Shown here one piece after another: positions 10,073 to 20,706 of a stretch of 64,000 nt of DNA. How positions within the stretch are numbered: the first letter of the stretch is position 1; each line of letters begins with the position of its first letter. The notes beneath the pieces were generated by a model. That model searched no databases. It was given only the letters and a program-made list of their open reading frames with translations, and was not told the DNA's origin. The stretch is from a virus. The stretch covers positions 32,001 through 96,000 of the IMG/VR virus record IMGVR_UViG_3300045976_000096, one strand, 5' to 3'. The translations under genes were made by a program, and so were the position numbers.

Positions 10073-10675
10073 ATGAGCATTATCAAAATCGTAGGACAAG
10101 ACCCGAGTATGCGGAATTTCGGCGTCGTCCATGCCGACCTGGACGTGGACACGCTGAAATTCACCATCACCAGCATGCGCGTGATTCGCACCGAAGCCGA
10201 GAAGGACAAGGCGGTGCGCAAGGTTGTGCGCAAGAACAGCGAAGACTTGGAGCGCGCGCGCCTGCTGCATGCCGGTGCCATCGAGTCCATCGAGAACGTG
10301 ACGATGGCCTTCATCGAGGTGCCGGTCGGCAGCCAGGATGCGCGCGCAATGGCAAGCTACGGGATGTGCCTGGGCGTGATCGCGGCGGTGGCCAACACCA
10401 TCCCGATCATTCAGGTCACGCCCGGCGAGGTCAAGCTGGCCGGCTTCGGCTCCAAGGATGCGACCAAGGCCGAAATGATCGAGGCGATGATGAAGAAACA
10501 CCCGGAAGCGCCCTGGCCCATGCGCAAGCTCAAGGGAGAAATGGTGCCGAACGCCGCCGAGTGCGAACACCTCGCCGACGCCTGCGCGGCGATCGAGGCG
10601 GGCCTGCAGACCGATGAATTCCGCCAGGCGATCAGCGTGTTCAAGCGGATGGTCAAGACGGGCGCCATCGCCTGA
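10073..10675 (+). CDS. RuvC-like Holliday junction resolvase
   Basis: VGQDPS.RNFG, FIEVP, ATK.EM, HLADA. Confidence 0.85.
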   Translation: MSIIKIVGQDPSMRNFGVVHADLDVDTLKFTITSMRVIRTEAEKDKAVRKVVRKNSEDLERARLLHAGAIESIENVTMAFIEVPVGSQDARAMASYGMCLGVIAAVANTIPIIQVTPGEVKLAGFGSKDATKAEMIEAMMKKHPEAPWPMRKLKGEMVPNAAECEHLADACAAIEAGLQTDEFRQAISVFKRMVKTGAIA

Positions 10676-10684
10676 TTTGCCGCG

Positions 10685-10734
10685 TCCGCAGAGATAAGTC
10701 ACAAGTGATCTATAATGGGTTTGTGACTTATCTC
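10685..10734 (+). promoter_or_regulatory. promoter/operator with 14-bp inverted repeat around TATAAT
   Basis: GAGATAAGTCACAA (10691-10704) / TTGTGACTTATCTC (10721-10734); TATAAT at 10711; 33-bp identical copy at 14745. Confidence 0.75.
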
Positions 10735-10744
10735 GGAGAGAAAC

Positions 10745-11329
10745 GTGGCAATCAGTAAATTCGGAGACCTGTTCTCCTCGGTGTGGTCGACCAGCAAGCC
10801 TGGTGACATGAAGAATGGCGCTGGCGCACCCCACATCAACGACGCGCTGGGCGGCGCCAGCGGCAAGCCCGCCGCCCCGGCGCCGAGAATCACCAGCAGC
10901 CTCGACGACCCGCTGTATGACCCGTATGGCAACATCATCGGTGGCCACCGCCGCCATGCCGCGCGCGAGGAATTGAAGCGCTCCCTGACCGCCGGCGGTG
11001 GCGAAGGCGTCACCGTTAGCGAATCTAGCGTGCGTTTCAAGGGCGGCGAAATCACCGCGGCAGGCAACATGCGCATCGGCCCATCCGAGGAAGAACTCAA
11101 CAAGCGCTTCGCGGAATTCGTTGAAAAGTACAAGAAGGACAGCGAAGCGGCCAGGGCCGCCAGGGAGGAAATCGCAGCCGACATGGACAAGCTGCCGCCC
11201 GCCCGGTCTTCCCTGAACCTGGACGCGCTGCGCGCCAGCCTGGCTGCCAAAGAACACGACCTCAAGAAAAAGGCCGAGGAGTCCAAGGTCAACCGCGACC
11301 GCCCGCAGAACGTGGACGATTCCTGGTAA
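10745..11329 (+). CDS. hypothetical protein with C-terminal DRPQNVDDSW
   Basis: GGAG RBS and GTG start after the promoter. Confidence 0.6.
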   Translation: MAISKFGDLFSSVWSTSKPGDMKNGAGAPHINDALGGASGKPAAPAPRITSSLDDPLYDPYGNIIGGHRRHAAREELKRSLTAGGGEGVTVSESSVRFKGGEITAAGNMRIGPSEEELNKRFAEFVEKYKKDSEAARAAREEIAADMDKLPPARSSLNLDALRASLAAKEHDLKKKAEESKVNRDRPQNVDDSW

Positions 11330-11408
11330 TTTCACCGAACCCGTAGTAAGTCATCGCTGACATAGCTATAATCCTCACCCCACCACCCCACCCACGAAGG
11401 AAGTAATA

Positions 11409-13685
11409 ATGCAAGTAATCAAGCGCGACGGTTCGCGTGAGCCGCGTGACGTATCGAAGATCCACAAGCAGACCGGCTGGGCCTGTGAAGGCCTGAACGT
11501 GTCGCAGTCCGAGCTGGAGCTTGCGGCCGAACTGCAGCTGTTCGATGGCATCAAGACCAGCCAGATCCACGACGCCTTGATCAATGGCGCGGCCAGCCTG
11601 ATTTCGCTCGAGTGCCAGGACGCGACCTTCGCGGCGGCCCGCCTCGTGCTGCTCAAGGTCTACAAGGAAGCCTGGAACGACATCGCCTACCCGCACCTGA
11701 AAACCTACATCGAGGCCGGCATCGGCGCCGAGAAGCTGCACCCGTCGCTGGGTCGCCTGTTCGACCTCGACAAGCTGAACGCGGCCATCGTCCCGACCCG
11801 CGATCGCCAGTTCAACTTCATCGGCATCCAGACCCTCGCCGACCGCTACCTGATCCGCAACAAGGCGCGCCGCGTGATCGAACTGCCGCAGCACATGTGG
11901 ATGCGCGTGGCGATGGGCCTGGCGCTGCGCGAAACCGAACCGACGGATCGCGCCATCGAGTTCTACAACGTGCTGTCCACGTTCGACTTCATGTCGTCGA
12001 CGCCGACCCTGTTCAACGCCGGCACGCTGCACAGCCAGCTGGCCAGCTGCTTCCTGAACACGGTGAAGGACCAGATTTCGGCCGGCGAGGACGACCCCAA
12101 ATACGCCTCGATCTACGGCACCATCGAGGAGTGCGCCAACCTGTCCAAGTACGCCGGCGGCATCGGCACCGACTGGACCCCGGTGCGCGCCGAGGGCGAC
12201 TGGATTCGCGGCACCGACGGCATTTCGTCGGGCGTGGTGCCTTACCTGAAGGTCTACAACGACACCGCCGTGGCCGTGAACCAGGGCGGCAAGCGCCAGG
12301 GTTCGTTCGCGCCCTACCTGGAGCTGTGGCACCCGGACGCGTACGACTTCATGGACCTCAAGAAGGAATCGGGCGACGAGCGCCGCCGCGCGCACGACGT
12401 CTATCCGGCGTGGTGGGCGTCGGACCTGTTCTTCAAGCGTGTGGAAGCGCGCGGCACCTGGAGCTTCTTCTCGCCCAAGGACCACCCGGAACTGCACGAA
12501 CTGTTCGGCGACGCCTTCGAGGCGCGCTACGAGCAGCTGGAAGCCGAGGGCAAGTTCGTGCGTCAGGTGCCGGCCATCGACATGTGGAAACGCATGCTGG
12601 CCTCGCTGTTCGAGACCGGTCACCCGTGGATCACGTTCAAGGACGAAATCAACCGCCGCAGCCCGCAGCAGCACGTCGGCGTGGTGCACTCGTCCAACCT
12701 CTGCACCGAAATCACGCTGAACACGTCCGACGACGAAACCGCCGTCTGCAACATCGGCAGCGTCAACGCGGCGAACCACATCTACAAGGGCAAGCTGGAC
12801 GTCGAGCGCCTGCGTCAGACCGTCACCACCGCGATGCGCATGCTGGACAACGTGATCGACATCAACTTCTATCCGTCGCCGCGCGCCAAGAAGTCGAACC
12901 TGCGCCACCGCCCGGTCGGCCTGGGCATCATGGGCTACACCGAATACCTCGTCCAGCAGGGCATCGATTGGGAAAGCCAGGCGCACCTGGACGCGGCCGA
13001 CGAACTGATGGAGTACTTCTCGTACTTCGCCATCGAGGCGTCGATGAACCTGGCACGCGAGCGCGGCGCCTACTCTACCTTCCCTGGCTCGCTGTGGTCG
13101 CAAGGCATCCTGCCGATGGATACCGGCGCCAAGGGTGTGCGCGCCGAACTGGTGACGCGCGCCACGGTCCTGCCGTGGGATGCGCTGCGCCAGAAGGTCG
13201 TCACCTACGGCATGCGCAACAGCAACACCATGGCGATCGCCCCGACCGCGACCATCAGCAACATCGTCGGCACCACCCCGACCATCGAGCCGATCTTCCA
13301 GCGCGAGTACACGAAAAAGAACCAGTCCGGCTCGTTCCTGGTGACGGACCCGTGCCTGCGCTACGGCCGCCCGGACCTGTGCAAGGAGGCGTTTGAAATC
13401 GACGCCGACTGGATGATCGACGCCGGTGCCGTGCGCCAGTTCTGGCTCGACCAGGCCCAGTCGCTCAACATCTTCGTGCCGTTCGGCATCAAGGGTGCGC
13501 GCCTGTCGCAGATTTACGTACGCGCGTGGAAGCGCAAGCTGAAAACCACCTACTACCTGCGCGGCCAGAGCGCAAAGAAGGAAGAAGCGCCGGTGATCAA
13601 GGAAGCGCCGGTGGTGGTGGCCGAGGAAGACATGACCAACAAACTTTGCTCTCTTGATAATCCTGAGTGCGAATCTTGCCAATGA
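11409..13685 (+). CDS. nrdA: ribonucleotide reductase class Ia alpha subunit
   Basis: ATP cone (VIKRDG), TPTLFNAG, SNLCTEI, APTATIS, KTTYY, C-terminal CESCQ. Confidence 0.97.
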   Translation: MQVIKRDGSREPRDVSKIHKQTGWACEGLNVSQSELELAAELQLFDGIKTSQIHDALINGAASLISLECQDATFAAARLVLLKVYKEAWNDIAYPHLKTYIEAGIGAEKLHPSLGRLFDLDKLNAAIVPTRDRQFNFIGIQTLADRYLIRNKARRVIELPQHMWMRVAMGLALRETEPTDRAIEFYNVLSTFDFMSSTPTLFNAGTLHSQLASCFLNTVKDQISAGEDDPKYASIYGTIEECANLSKYAGGIGTDWTPVRAEGDWIRGTDGISSGVVPYLKVYNDTAVAVNQGGKRQGSFAPYLELWHPDAYDFMDLKKESGDERRRAHDVYPAWWASDLFFKRVEARGTWSFFSPKDHPELHELFGDAFEARYEQLEAEGKFVRQVPAIDMWKRMLASLFETGHPWITFKDEINRRSPQQHVGVVHSSNLCTEITLNTSDDETAVCNIGSVNAANHIYKGKLDVERLRQTVTTAMRMLDNVIDINFYPSPRAKKSNLRHRPVGLGIMGYTEYLVQQGIDWESQAHLDAADELMEYFSYFAIEASMNLARERGAYSTFPGSLWSQGILPMDTGAKGVRAELVTRATVLPWDALRQKVVTYGMRNSNTMAIAPTATISNIVGTTPTIEPIFQREYTKKNQSGSFLVTDPCLRYGRPDLCKEAFEIDADWMIDAGAVRQFWLDQAQSLNIFVPFGIKGARLSQIYVRAWKRKLKTTYYLRGQSAKKEEAPVIKEAPVVVAEEDMTNKLCSLDNPECESCQ

Positions 13686-13733
13686 TGCAATAACTAACGG
13701 GCCGAAAGGCCCGTTTTCAACACGAGACCGAAA

Positions 13734-14744
13734 ATGAACGAAACCCTTATCCAGAAGATCAACAACCGCCGCCTCATCGAAGGTCCACAGGATCGCGCGA
13801 TGTGCATTTCGCCGCTCAAGCATCCGTGGGCAATGGAGGCGTTCAAGCGCTTTCGTCGCAACGATTGGTATCCAGAATCCATCGCGATGGGCGACGACGT
13901 CGCCTGCTACCGCAACCGCCTGGACGATGGCGAGCGCCGCATGTACGACAAGGCGCTGGCGTTCGTGTCGAACCTGGACGGCTTCCAGTTTGAGAACCTG
14001 ACCACCAATATCGGCGCCCACATCACCAGCCCGGAAGTGTCGATGGCGATTTCGCGCCAGGCTTACGAGGAAGCCAACCACGTCACCGCCTACCAGCTGA
14101 TGACCGAGGCGATTTCCGCGCGCCCGCTCGACATCTACGGCATGTACGAGAGCGACCCGATCCTGGCCGCCAAGAACAAGCTGATTCTGGACCAGAACGA
14201 CGAGCTGCGCGGCGGTTTCACGCCGGAGAAGTTCGCGCTGGCCATCGTCGGCAACGTCAACCTGGAAGGCATCTATTTCTACAGCGGCTTCTTCGGCTTC
14301 TATCTGCTGGCGCGCGCCGGCAAGATGCTCAAGAGCGCCGACCAGATCAAGTACATCAACCGCGACGAGGAAGCGCACCTTGGCTTCTTCATCGACATGT
14401 ACCACTGCCTGAAAGCCGAGCGCCCGGAAATCTTCACGCCGGCATTCTACGAGAAAGCGAAGAACATGATGCGCGCGGCGGTCGAACTGGAGAAAGCATG
14501 GGGTAAGCACATCATCAGCGGGGGCGTCCTGGGCGCGACCGACACCATCGTTGACCAGCGCATCGAGTGGCTCGCAAATACCCGCGCCGCGCGCCTGGGC
14601 TGGGAACCGCTGTATCCGGGCGTCGTCAACCCGACGCCGTGGGTCGAGAAGATTTCCGCCATCAACGGGGTGGAGACCAACTTCTTCGAGGGCAAGCCGA
14701 CCGACTACCAGGCGGGCGGAGCACTTGATTTCGACGACCTCTGA
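13734..14744 (+). CDS. nrdB: ribonucleotide reductase beta subunit
   Basis: EEANH..AY, LEGIYFYSGF, RDEEAH, ETNFFE. Confidence 0.96.
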   Translation: MNETLIQKINNRRLIEGPQDRAMCISPLKHPWAMEAFKRFRRNDWYPESIAMGDDVACYRNRLDDGERRMYDKALAFVSNLDGFQFENLTTNIGAHITSPEVSMAISRQAYEEANHVTAYQLMTEAISARPLDIYGMYESDPILAAKNKLILDQNDELRGGFTPEKFALAIVGNVNLEGIYFYSGFFGFYLLARAGKMLKSADQIKYINRDEEAHLGFFIDMYHCLKAERPEIFTPAFYEKAKNMMRAAVELEKAWGKHIISGGVLGATDTIVDQRIEWLANTRAARLGWEPLYPGVVNPTPWVEKISAINGVETNFFEGKPTDYQAGGALDFDDL

Positions 14745-14823
14745 TCCGCAGAGATAAGTCACAAGTGATCTATAATGTATAAGTCAGCAGGGCGCACCGC
14801 CCTGCAGTTACAGGAGCAGCAAA

Positions 14824-15126
14824 GTGGGTGAAGTCGTCAACATGTTCAAGGAGCGCGCCAAGCCGGCCGCACAACCAGCAGCGCAGGAGACGCCCAGGCG
14901 CCAGCCTGGCCCGACCCTGATCGCCAACGCCAGCATGCTGGGCGCCGCCGGCGGCGAAGGGCTGGAGCACCTGCGTCAGATGGAGGAACAGGGCGCGGCG
15001 GCACTGGTTTTGTCCGCTTTGCTGTTCTACGCCCATCAGGGCCAGGATCAGGGTCAGCGCGCGCGCCGCGCCGTGCTCGCGATGCAGGAAGTGATCAAGG
15101 GCGAGGTCAACCCACCCGAGGCATGA
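14824..15126 (+). CDS. hypothetical protein
   Basis: AGGAG RBS after the promoter. Confidence 0.5.
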   Translation: MGEVVNMFKERAKPAAQPAAQETPRRQPGPTLIANASMLGAAGGEGLEHLRQMEEQGAAALVLSALLFYAHQGQDQGQRARRAVLAMQEVIKGEVNPPEA

Positions 15127-15159
15127 CCTGTTTTATTAACTATACTGAAAGAGGGAAAC

Positions 15160-15585
15160 ATGAAGAAATCCTTGATGGCGGTCTCCGCGATGGTGTTGCT
15201 GGGCGTGGTGGCCTGCGGCGAGAAGAAGCCGGAGGTCAAGTTCGACACGCTGGAGGATGCGCGCGCCCAGGCCCGCGCCAACGCGCTGTGGAACGCCAAG
15301 ATGTACGTGGCTGAAAACCCGCGCTTCGACAATCACTCCGTTGTCTCGCATGGCGATTCGACCCAATCGCCGGATTGCCCGCAGGGTGACGGCTGGGCCA
15401 CCGTGTCGATCATGAAGGTCGACGGCAAGGTGATCGAGAAGTACGTTGCCAAGTGCTCGACCGTCTCCGGCACCGTGGGCTGCTATCTGGAGCAGGACTT
15501 CAAGAAGAAGCCCTACGCGAACGAGGAAGGCCAGTGCCAGCCGACCAGCAAAGTGCCATTTCCGATTCCCAAAATCGCAAAATGA
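15160..15585 (+). CDS. putative lipoprotein
   Basis: Signal peptide with VVAC lipobox; Cys-rich periplasmic domain. Confidence 0.75.
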   Translation: MKKSLMAVSAMVLLGVVACGEKKPEVKFDTLEDARAQARANALWNAKMYVAENPRFDNHSVVSHGDSTQSPDCPQGDGWATVSIMKVDGKVIEKYVAKCSTVSGTVGCYLEQDFKKKPYANEEGQCQPTSKVPFPIPKIAK

Positions 15586-15682
15586 TCGCCTTCACCTTCA
15601 CCCAAGCCGCCGTGATCGCGGCGCTCCTGTACGCGGGAGCATTCACCCACGGCGCCTACAAAACCTACCGGAAATTCCGCAA

Positions 15683-16531
15683 GTGACCATCGAAGCCAAA
15701 ATCGTCGAGCACAGCATTGCCGACCACGGCAAGAAGCTCGCCACGTTTCAACTGCGTTACCCGCGCTTCATCCACGCAGAACTGATGACCCATCGCGTGT
15801 TCAGCCGCAACGCCAGCAGCAGCCGCGCCATCCCGGTCGCCAAGCTGATCGCGGAAGTGCGCACCGCGCCGGCCATGCCGATCCACTGGGGCAAGAACCA
15901 ACCCGGCATGCAGGCTCGCGAAGAACTGACCGGCGATGAACTCAAGCTGGCGCAGTACCACTGGCGCCAGGCGGCGATCAACGCCGCAAATACGGCCGAA
16001 CATATGGCGAATGCTGGTGTGCACAAGCAAGTTGTCAATCGCATCCTGGAGCCGTTCCTGCATATCAGCGTAATCGTGACGGCGACCGAGTTCGCAAACT
16101 GGAACGAACTGCGCGCGCACCCGGACGCCCAGCCGGAGATTCACCAGCTGGCGCTCGTCATGCAGGAGGCGGAAGCGGCGTCGACGCCGGTCTACCGTCC
16201 GCGCAACCGCCTGCACGAAAGCGCCTGGCACCTGCCCTACGTGACCGAGCGCGAGCGCCAGGCCTACCACGACCAGCCGTTGTTCCTGGCCAAGCTGTCG
16301 GCGGCCCGGTGCGCCCGCGTGTCCTACCTCAACCACGACGGCAGCGCGCCGATCATCGAGAAGGACATCGCCCTGTACGAAGCGCTGGTCGGCGGCCGCC
16401 CGCTGCACGCCAGCCCGGTCGAACACCAAGGCTACCCGCTGCCGCTGGCGACGCAATCGTCGAAGAACTTCTTCGGCTGGCGCCAGCACCGCGAACTGGT
16501 CGAGCACGAGATTTATCACACCCACAACTAA
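15683..16531 (+). CDS. thyX: flavin-dependent thymidylate synthase
   Basis: ELMTHRVFSRNASSSRAIP, HKQVVNR.LEPF, HASP.EH. Confidence 0.93.
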   Translation: MTIEAKIVEHSIADHGKKLATFQLRYPRFIHAELMTHRVFSRNASSSRAIPVAKLIAEVRTAPAMPIHWGKNQPGMQAREELTGDELKLAQYHWRQAAINAANTAEHMANAGVHKQVVNRILEPFLHISVIVTATEFANWNELRAHPDAQPEIHQLALVMQEAEAASTPVYRPRNRLHESAWHLPYVTERERQAYHDQPLFLAKLSAARCARVSYLNHDGSAPIIEKDIALYEALVGGRPLHASPVEHQGYPLPLATQSSKNFFGWRQHRELVEHEIYHTHN

Positions 16532-16543
16532 GGAGAAGCACAG

Positions 16544-16801
16544 ATGTTCACTTTTGGCAAGAAAACCACCGCAACCGTCCTGGCGTCGTTCAACCAAACC
16601 CTGGCCGACCTGCAGCAGGTGGAGCAGGAGCACGCGATCGAAGCGGAAGCCAAGCGTGTCGAGGCTGACCAGGCGCTCGCCGCCTCGCTGGCCGCCGCCG
16701 AAGAAGCGAAGGCCGCACGTACCGTCGCCGGCCGCATCCAGGCCCTGCTGAACACCGAAGGCATCGCTGACGGCATCGGCGGCGCTGCTCCTGCCCTGTA
16801 A
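16544..16801 (+). CDS. small coiled-coil hypothetical protein
   Basis: AAGGAG RBS. Confidence 0.6.
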   Translation: MFTFGKKTTATVLASFNQTLADLQQVEQEHAIEAEAKRVEADQALAASLAAAEEAKAARTVAGRIQALLNTEGIADGIGGAAPAL

Positions 16802-16858
16802 GACAAACACCGACCGCGGCGCCGGGCGCCGCACCCACCACAATAACGAAAGCATCAC

Positions 16859-17512
16859 ATGGACTCGAACACCTATATCGCCAACGCCCTGCGCACCGAG
16901 AGCGTGCCGACGCAGCTGGACATCAATGAAGTGGCGCTGCACGCCATTCTCGAGCTGGCGATCGCCGCCGGCATCCTGGTCGACCAGGCCAAGCGCCGTC
17001 TGTACTACAACAGCGCCGCCAAGACCGTCCTGCTGGACAAGGACAAGATGCTGGGCGCGCTGGCCACGCTGCACGGCCTGTCAGGCTTCCTGGGTCACGC
17101 GCTGCAAAACGACGAGATGGACTTCGACACGCGCCTGGAGCCGCAAGCGCTGACCGCCATGACCGAGGGCATGAAGGAGGGCGGCAACTTCCAGCTGGCC
17201 AACCTGGACGTGCGCCTGACCCACGCGGCGCTCGGCTGCTTTACCGAATCGGGCGAACTGCTGGAAGCGATCAAGGCCCAGTACGAGACCGGCATCATCG
17301 ACCGCGTCAACTTCGGCGAGGAAATCGGCGGTGACATCTCCTGGTATCAAGCCATCGGCATCGACGCGGCCGGTCTTGACCTCGACGACCAGCGTGCCAA
17401 AAACATCGAGAAACTGCGCATCCGGTTCCCGGACAAGTTCAGCTCCGAGAACGCCATCACGCGCGACTTGACTGCGGAACGCGCAGCACTGGAAGGCAAA
17501 GCAAGCACTTAA
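16859..17512 (+). CDS. MazG-like NTP pyrophosphohydrolase
   Basis: HAALG..TESGELLEAIK, EEIGGDISWY, NIEKL..RFPDKF. Confidence 0.85.
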   Translation: MDSNTYIANALRTESVPTQLDINEVALHAILELAIAAGILVDQAKRRLYYNSAAKTVLLDKDKMLGALATLHGLSGFLGHALQNDEMDFDTRLEPQALTAMTEGMKEGGNFQLANLDVRLTHAALGCFTESGELLEAIKAQYETGIIDRVNFGEEIGGDISWYQAIGIDAAGLDLDDQRAKNIEKLRIRFPDKFSSENAITRDLTAERAALEGKAST

Positions 17513-17530
17513 CATTGAAGAAAGATAATT

Positions 17531-17830
17531 ATGGCAAAGAAGAAATTCCCAATCACGATGTTCCAGGTCACGCCCAGCATGAACATCAAGGAAGTCGTCC
17601 TGACCGGCAAGGCTATGCGCTCCGGCTGGGGTGGCACCTACGAAATGACCGGCTATGCGAAGGATGAAAAGGGACGCGAACATTATGTCGCCTCCCTGTT
17701 CGACAGCCGTGCCGCCGCGCTGGAAGCTGCCGAGCGTGCAGTCGTCGATCAGGAAGCGCGCCACAAGAAGGCGGGCGAGAACATCGCCAAGCGGCGCGCC
17801 AACCTGGAAAAGGCGAAAGGAGCCGCATAG
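17531..17830 (+). CDS. hypothetical protein
   Basis: ORF within the operon. Confidence 0.55.
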   Translation: MAKKKFPITMFQVTPSMNIKEVVLTGKAMRSGWGGTYEMTGYAKDEKGREHYVASLFDSRAAALEAAERAVVDQEARHKKAGENIAKRRANLEKAKGAA

Positions 17831-17831
17831 C

Positions 17832-18467
17832 ATGATTGGCATTGTCGGCCCGCATCGATGTGGGAAATCAACACTGGCAAGGGCGTACGCGGACAAGAAC
17901 GGCGCGACCTTCGTCGAGACTTCGGTCTCGGCGATGTTCAAGGATATGGGCTACAGCCCGTCCGGCACCTTCGACTTCGCGACGCGCCTGACCATCCAGG
18001 AGGAGATCCTCAAACGCATCGACGTGGTCTACGCCGGCGTCAAGCCGGGCAGCTTTGCGATTACCGATCGCACGCCGCTGGACCTTCTTGGCTACACGAT
18101 GGCCGAGGCGGCGGGCGACGCGGTGCCGGCCGCCCTGCAGGACCGCTTCGAGCAGTACGTCACCGACTGCTTCGATGTCCTGAACAAGCGCTTCTCGATG
18201 GTGGTCCTGGTCCAGCCCGGCATCCCGCTGGTCGAAGCCGAGGGCAAGGCGGCGCTGAACCGCGCCTACATCGAGCACCTGTCGGCGATCATGTTCGGCC
18301 TGATGATGGGTGAACGTACGAAGTGCGCGCGCTTCTACATCCGGCGCCTGATGCTGGACCTGGACGAGCGCGTCGCGGCGCTGGAGTCGGCCGCGATGAC
18401 GACCGAGCATCAGGTGCACCAGGAAATCAAGACCTACATCAACGCCACCGGCGGGCGGCTGCAGTAG
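17832..18467 (+). CDS. P-loop nucleotide kinase-like (AAA_28 type)
   Basis: GPHRCGKST, TDRTPLD. Confidence 0.75.
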   Translation: MIGIVGPHRCGKSTLARAYADKNGATFVETSVSAMFKDMGYSPSGTFDFATRLTIQEEILKRIDVVYAGVKPGSFAITDRTPLDLLGYTMAEAAGDAVPAALQDRFEQYVTDCFDVLNKRFSMVVLVQPGIPLVEAEGKAALNRAYIEHLSAIMFGLMMGERTKCARFYIRRLMLDLDERVAALESAAMTTEHQVHQEIKTYINATGGRLQ

Positions 18468-18569
18468 AGGCATGACGTCAGGCTAAGTCACCCATGACTT
18501 GTAAGTCCTGACGTTCTTATTCATACTGTGTATGTCGCGATGTGCGACAGACATTTAGAGAGACGCTCG

Positions 18570-19349
18570 ATGAGCCAAATGAAAACCCAAATCCTGACCG
18601 TCACCAAAGAGCTGGCGGATAAAATGCTCGAGTCCAACACCACGAACCGCGAAGTACGCCCGGCCAACGTGGAGAAGTACGTCAAGATCCTCAAGGCGGG
18701 CGAGTGGAAGCTGACCCATCAGGGAATCGCCTTCGACACCGACGGCAAGCTGGTCGACGGCCAGCACCGCTTGATGGCAATCTCGCAGACCGGCATCGAG
18801 GCGACGATGATGGTCACGCACGGCGTCGACCCGGAGACCTTCATGGTGCTCGATCAGGGCGCGCGCCGTAACGCCGCCGACATTCTGCACCTGAACCCGC
18901 GTGTCGCCGAAGTGATCAACCTGGCGGCGCGCGTGCTGACGCATGAGCAGTCGCCTTCGCCCGCGAGCCTCAAGAAGATGGAAGCGGCGATTCGTCCGAT
19001 CGTCGAGCGATTGATGGCGAAATGCAACCTGAACGCCATCTTCTTCTCGTCGGCGGCCATGAAGCTGGGCGCCGTTTCGCGCGTCCTGCTGGGCGAGGAC
19101 GAGGATTACGTCTTCAACCTGTACGCACAGCTGTGCCGCAGCGAGGTGGACCAGCTGCCGCCGGTGGCCGCCGCGTTGGTCAAGGCGCATCTGCAGGGCC
19201 GCACCAGCGCCGTCAACAAGAATCAGACGATGGCCCAGGCGCTCTACGTGTTCACCCGCAGCAACGCCAATTTCAAACAGCTGCGCATCGACACGGCCGG
19301 CGCCGGCGATGTGATCCGCTTTGCGATCGCTACCGTGTACGGCCGCTAA
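18570..19349 (+). CDS. ParB/DGQHR-domain protein
   Basis: NR.V....V..Y, LVDGQHRL, DQGARR. Confidence 0.75.
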   Translation: MSQMKTQILTVTKELADKMLESNTTNREVRPANVEKYVKILKAGEWKLTHQGIAFDTDGKLVDGQHRLMAISQTGIEATMMVTHGVDPETFMVLDQGARRNAADILHLNPRVAEVINLAARVLTHEQSPSPASLKKMEAAIRPIVERLMAKCNLNAIFFSSAAMKLGAVSRVLLGEDEDYVFNLYAQLCRSEVDQLPPVAAALVKAHLQGRTSAVNKNQTMAQALYVFTRSNANFKQLRIDTAGAGDVIRFAIATVYGR

Positions 19350-19449
19350 TGTTGCCTGGAGCGATCAGTCAGTTATGACTTGTCGCTCCTGATTCGCACC
19401 TGTAAGATGGTGCTTGTTACAACTACGCGCATGTGCGCAGGGATGATCA

Positions 19450-19872
19450 ATGAGCGCCGTACCCGATCTTCGCGAGGAACTCGACCGTAAGTCGATGGAG
19501 ACCATCGAATTCCTGTACACCGGACTGGACAATGGCAAGCTGACGCTGCCCCAGTTCTCGACCGGCCTGGACACCCTGTTCATGGCGGTTGCCGGTCTTG
19601 TCGACAAGGAAATTGTCGACTTCGTCAGCAACGGCAGCCTGATCGTTGCCAACGCCCCGGACCAGTTCTGCGCCAAGCGCGCGTTCCTGAACCCGGTCCA
19701 GACCGTCGCGCTGTGCCGCAAGCTGGGCGGCGACACCTTTACCGTGGACGTCTATCAGGGCGGCCACCTCGTCAAGCAGGAGCGCAAGGAATACCTGCTG
19801 GCCAAGCAGGCGACTGACGCCATGAACACCCTTGCCGGCCGATTGCTGGCGGCGGGCTATATCGAAATTTAA
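19450..19872 (+). CDS. hypothetical protein
   Basis: ORF downstream of an operator/promoter. Confidence 0.6.
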   Translation: MSAVPDLREELDRKSMETIEFLYTGLDNGKLTLPQFSTGLDTLFMAVAGLVDKEIVDFVSNGSLIVANAPDQFCAKRAFLNPVQTVALCRKLGGDTFTVDVYQGGHLVKQERKEYLLAKQATDAMNTLAGRLLAAGYIEI

Positions 19873-19884
19873 TCAGGAGGAAAT

Positions 19885-20706
19885 ATGGCAAATAACAAGA
19901 ATGCCGCCCACCCTATCGGACAGGTATCGCCCGCTATCGAACAGGCTGCGCCGGCCGGCTGGGCGAGCCGTCGAGTAGACAATGGCGAGTTCGGCAGTTG
20001 GCTGCACGCATCGAAGGAAGCCGCCGAGCGACACAGCGCGAACAACGGGCCAGCGGCACCGAAGTATGAACACGTTCCCGTCTACGCCGCCCCTGCCGCT
20101 GTCTCGCCTGCCGACGCGACGGGGAAAGCTACCGACCTGACTGACGCCGAGTTCCTGTCGAAGCGCCTCGCCCGCGTGGCAAGGGCGGCTGGCGTCAAGA
20201 TACCCGAAGGCCCGCACGAGTTCATCGCTGGGGTGGCTGGGACGATTCTGGGCGAAATCGCGCGCAAGCTCGAATCCGCAACGGGGAAAGCCGACGATGC
20301 CAGTGCGGGCGGCGCGGAGCCTGAAGGTTGGCGTGAGTTCATCGAGAACATCGCAACGCCGTATAGCGAGCCAGTAAACAGCATGGTTGCCTATCGTGAC
20401 CTGGCATCCCGACAGGAACACATGCGCGATTTACGGGCCGCTGCCGCCGCACTGCTGACCAGCCACTCCCCCGCCACCAGCGCGTCTGCCGCGATGGACG
20501 CGACGCACGAGGCAATCCAGCGCGCGTGCCGTGATCTGCCCGACGACTACGAAATCTCCATTGAGCTTGAACGCGGCTCGGGGTGCGTCATGTGGCACGA
20601 ACGCGGCGGCGACTGGAATGCAATCGAGGGCGAAGGCTACCTCTGCGACGACATCCACAAGGCCATCGATTCGGCAATGGCGGCAAGCCGCAAGGGCACC
20701 AAATAA
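19885..20706 (+). CDS. mosaic hypothetical phage protein
   Basis: AGGAGG RBS; modules joined by duplicated ATGKA(T/D)D linkers. Confidence 0.6.
   Translation: MANNKNAAHPIGQVSPAIEQAAPAGWASRRVDNGEFGSWLHASKEAAERHSANNGPAAPKYEHVPVYAAPAAVSPADATGKATDLTDAEFLSKRLARVARAAGVKIPEGPHEFIAGVAGTILGEIARKLESATGKADDASAGGAEPEGWREFIENIATPYSEPVNSMVAYRDLASRQEHMRDLRAAAAALLTSHSPATSASAAMDATHEAIQRACRDLPDDYEISIELERGSGCVMWHERGGDWNAIEGEGYLCDDIHKAIDSAMAASRKGTK

Noticed and set aside
11289-14762. 1157-aa minus-strand ORF and similar long antisense ORFs (59112-61430, 57610-59118, 15665-17074, 9929-11335)
   Set aside because: Shadow frames of well-supported plus-strand genes in high-GC3 DNA, with no recognisable motifs
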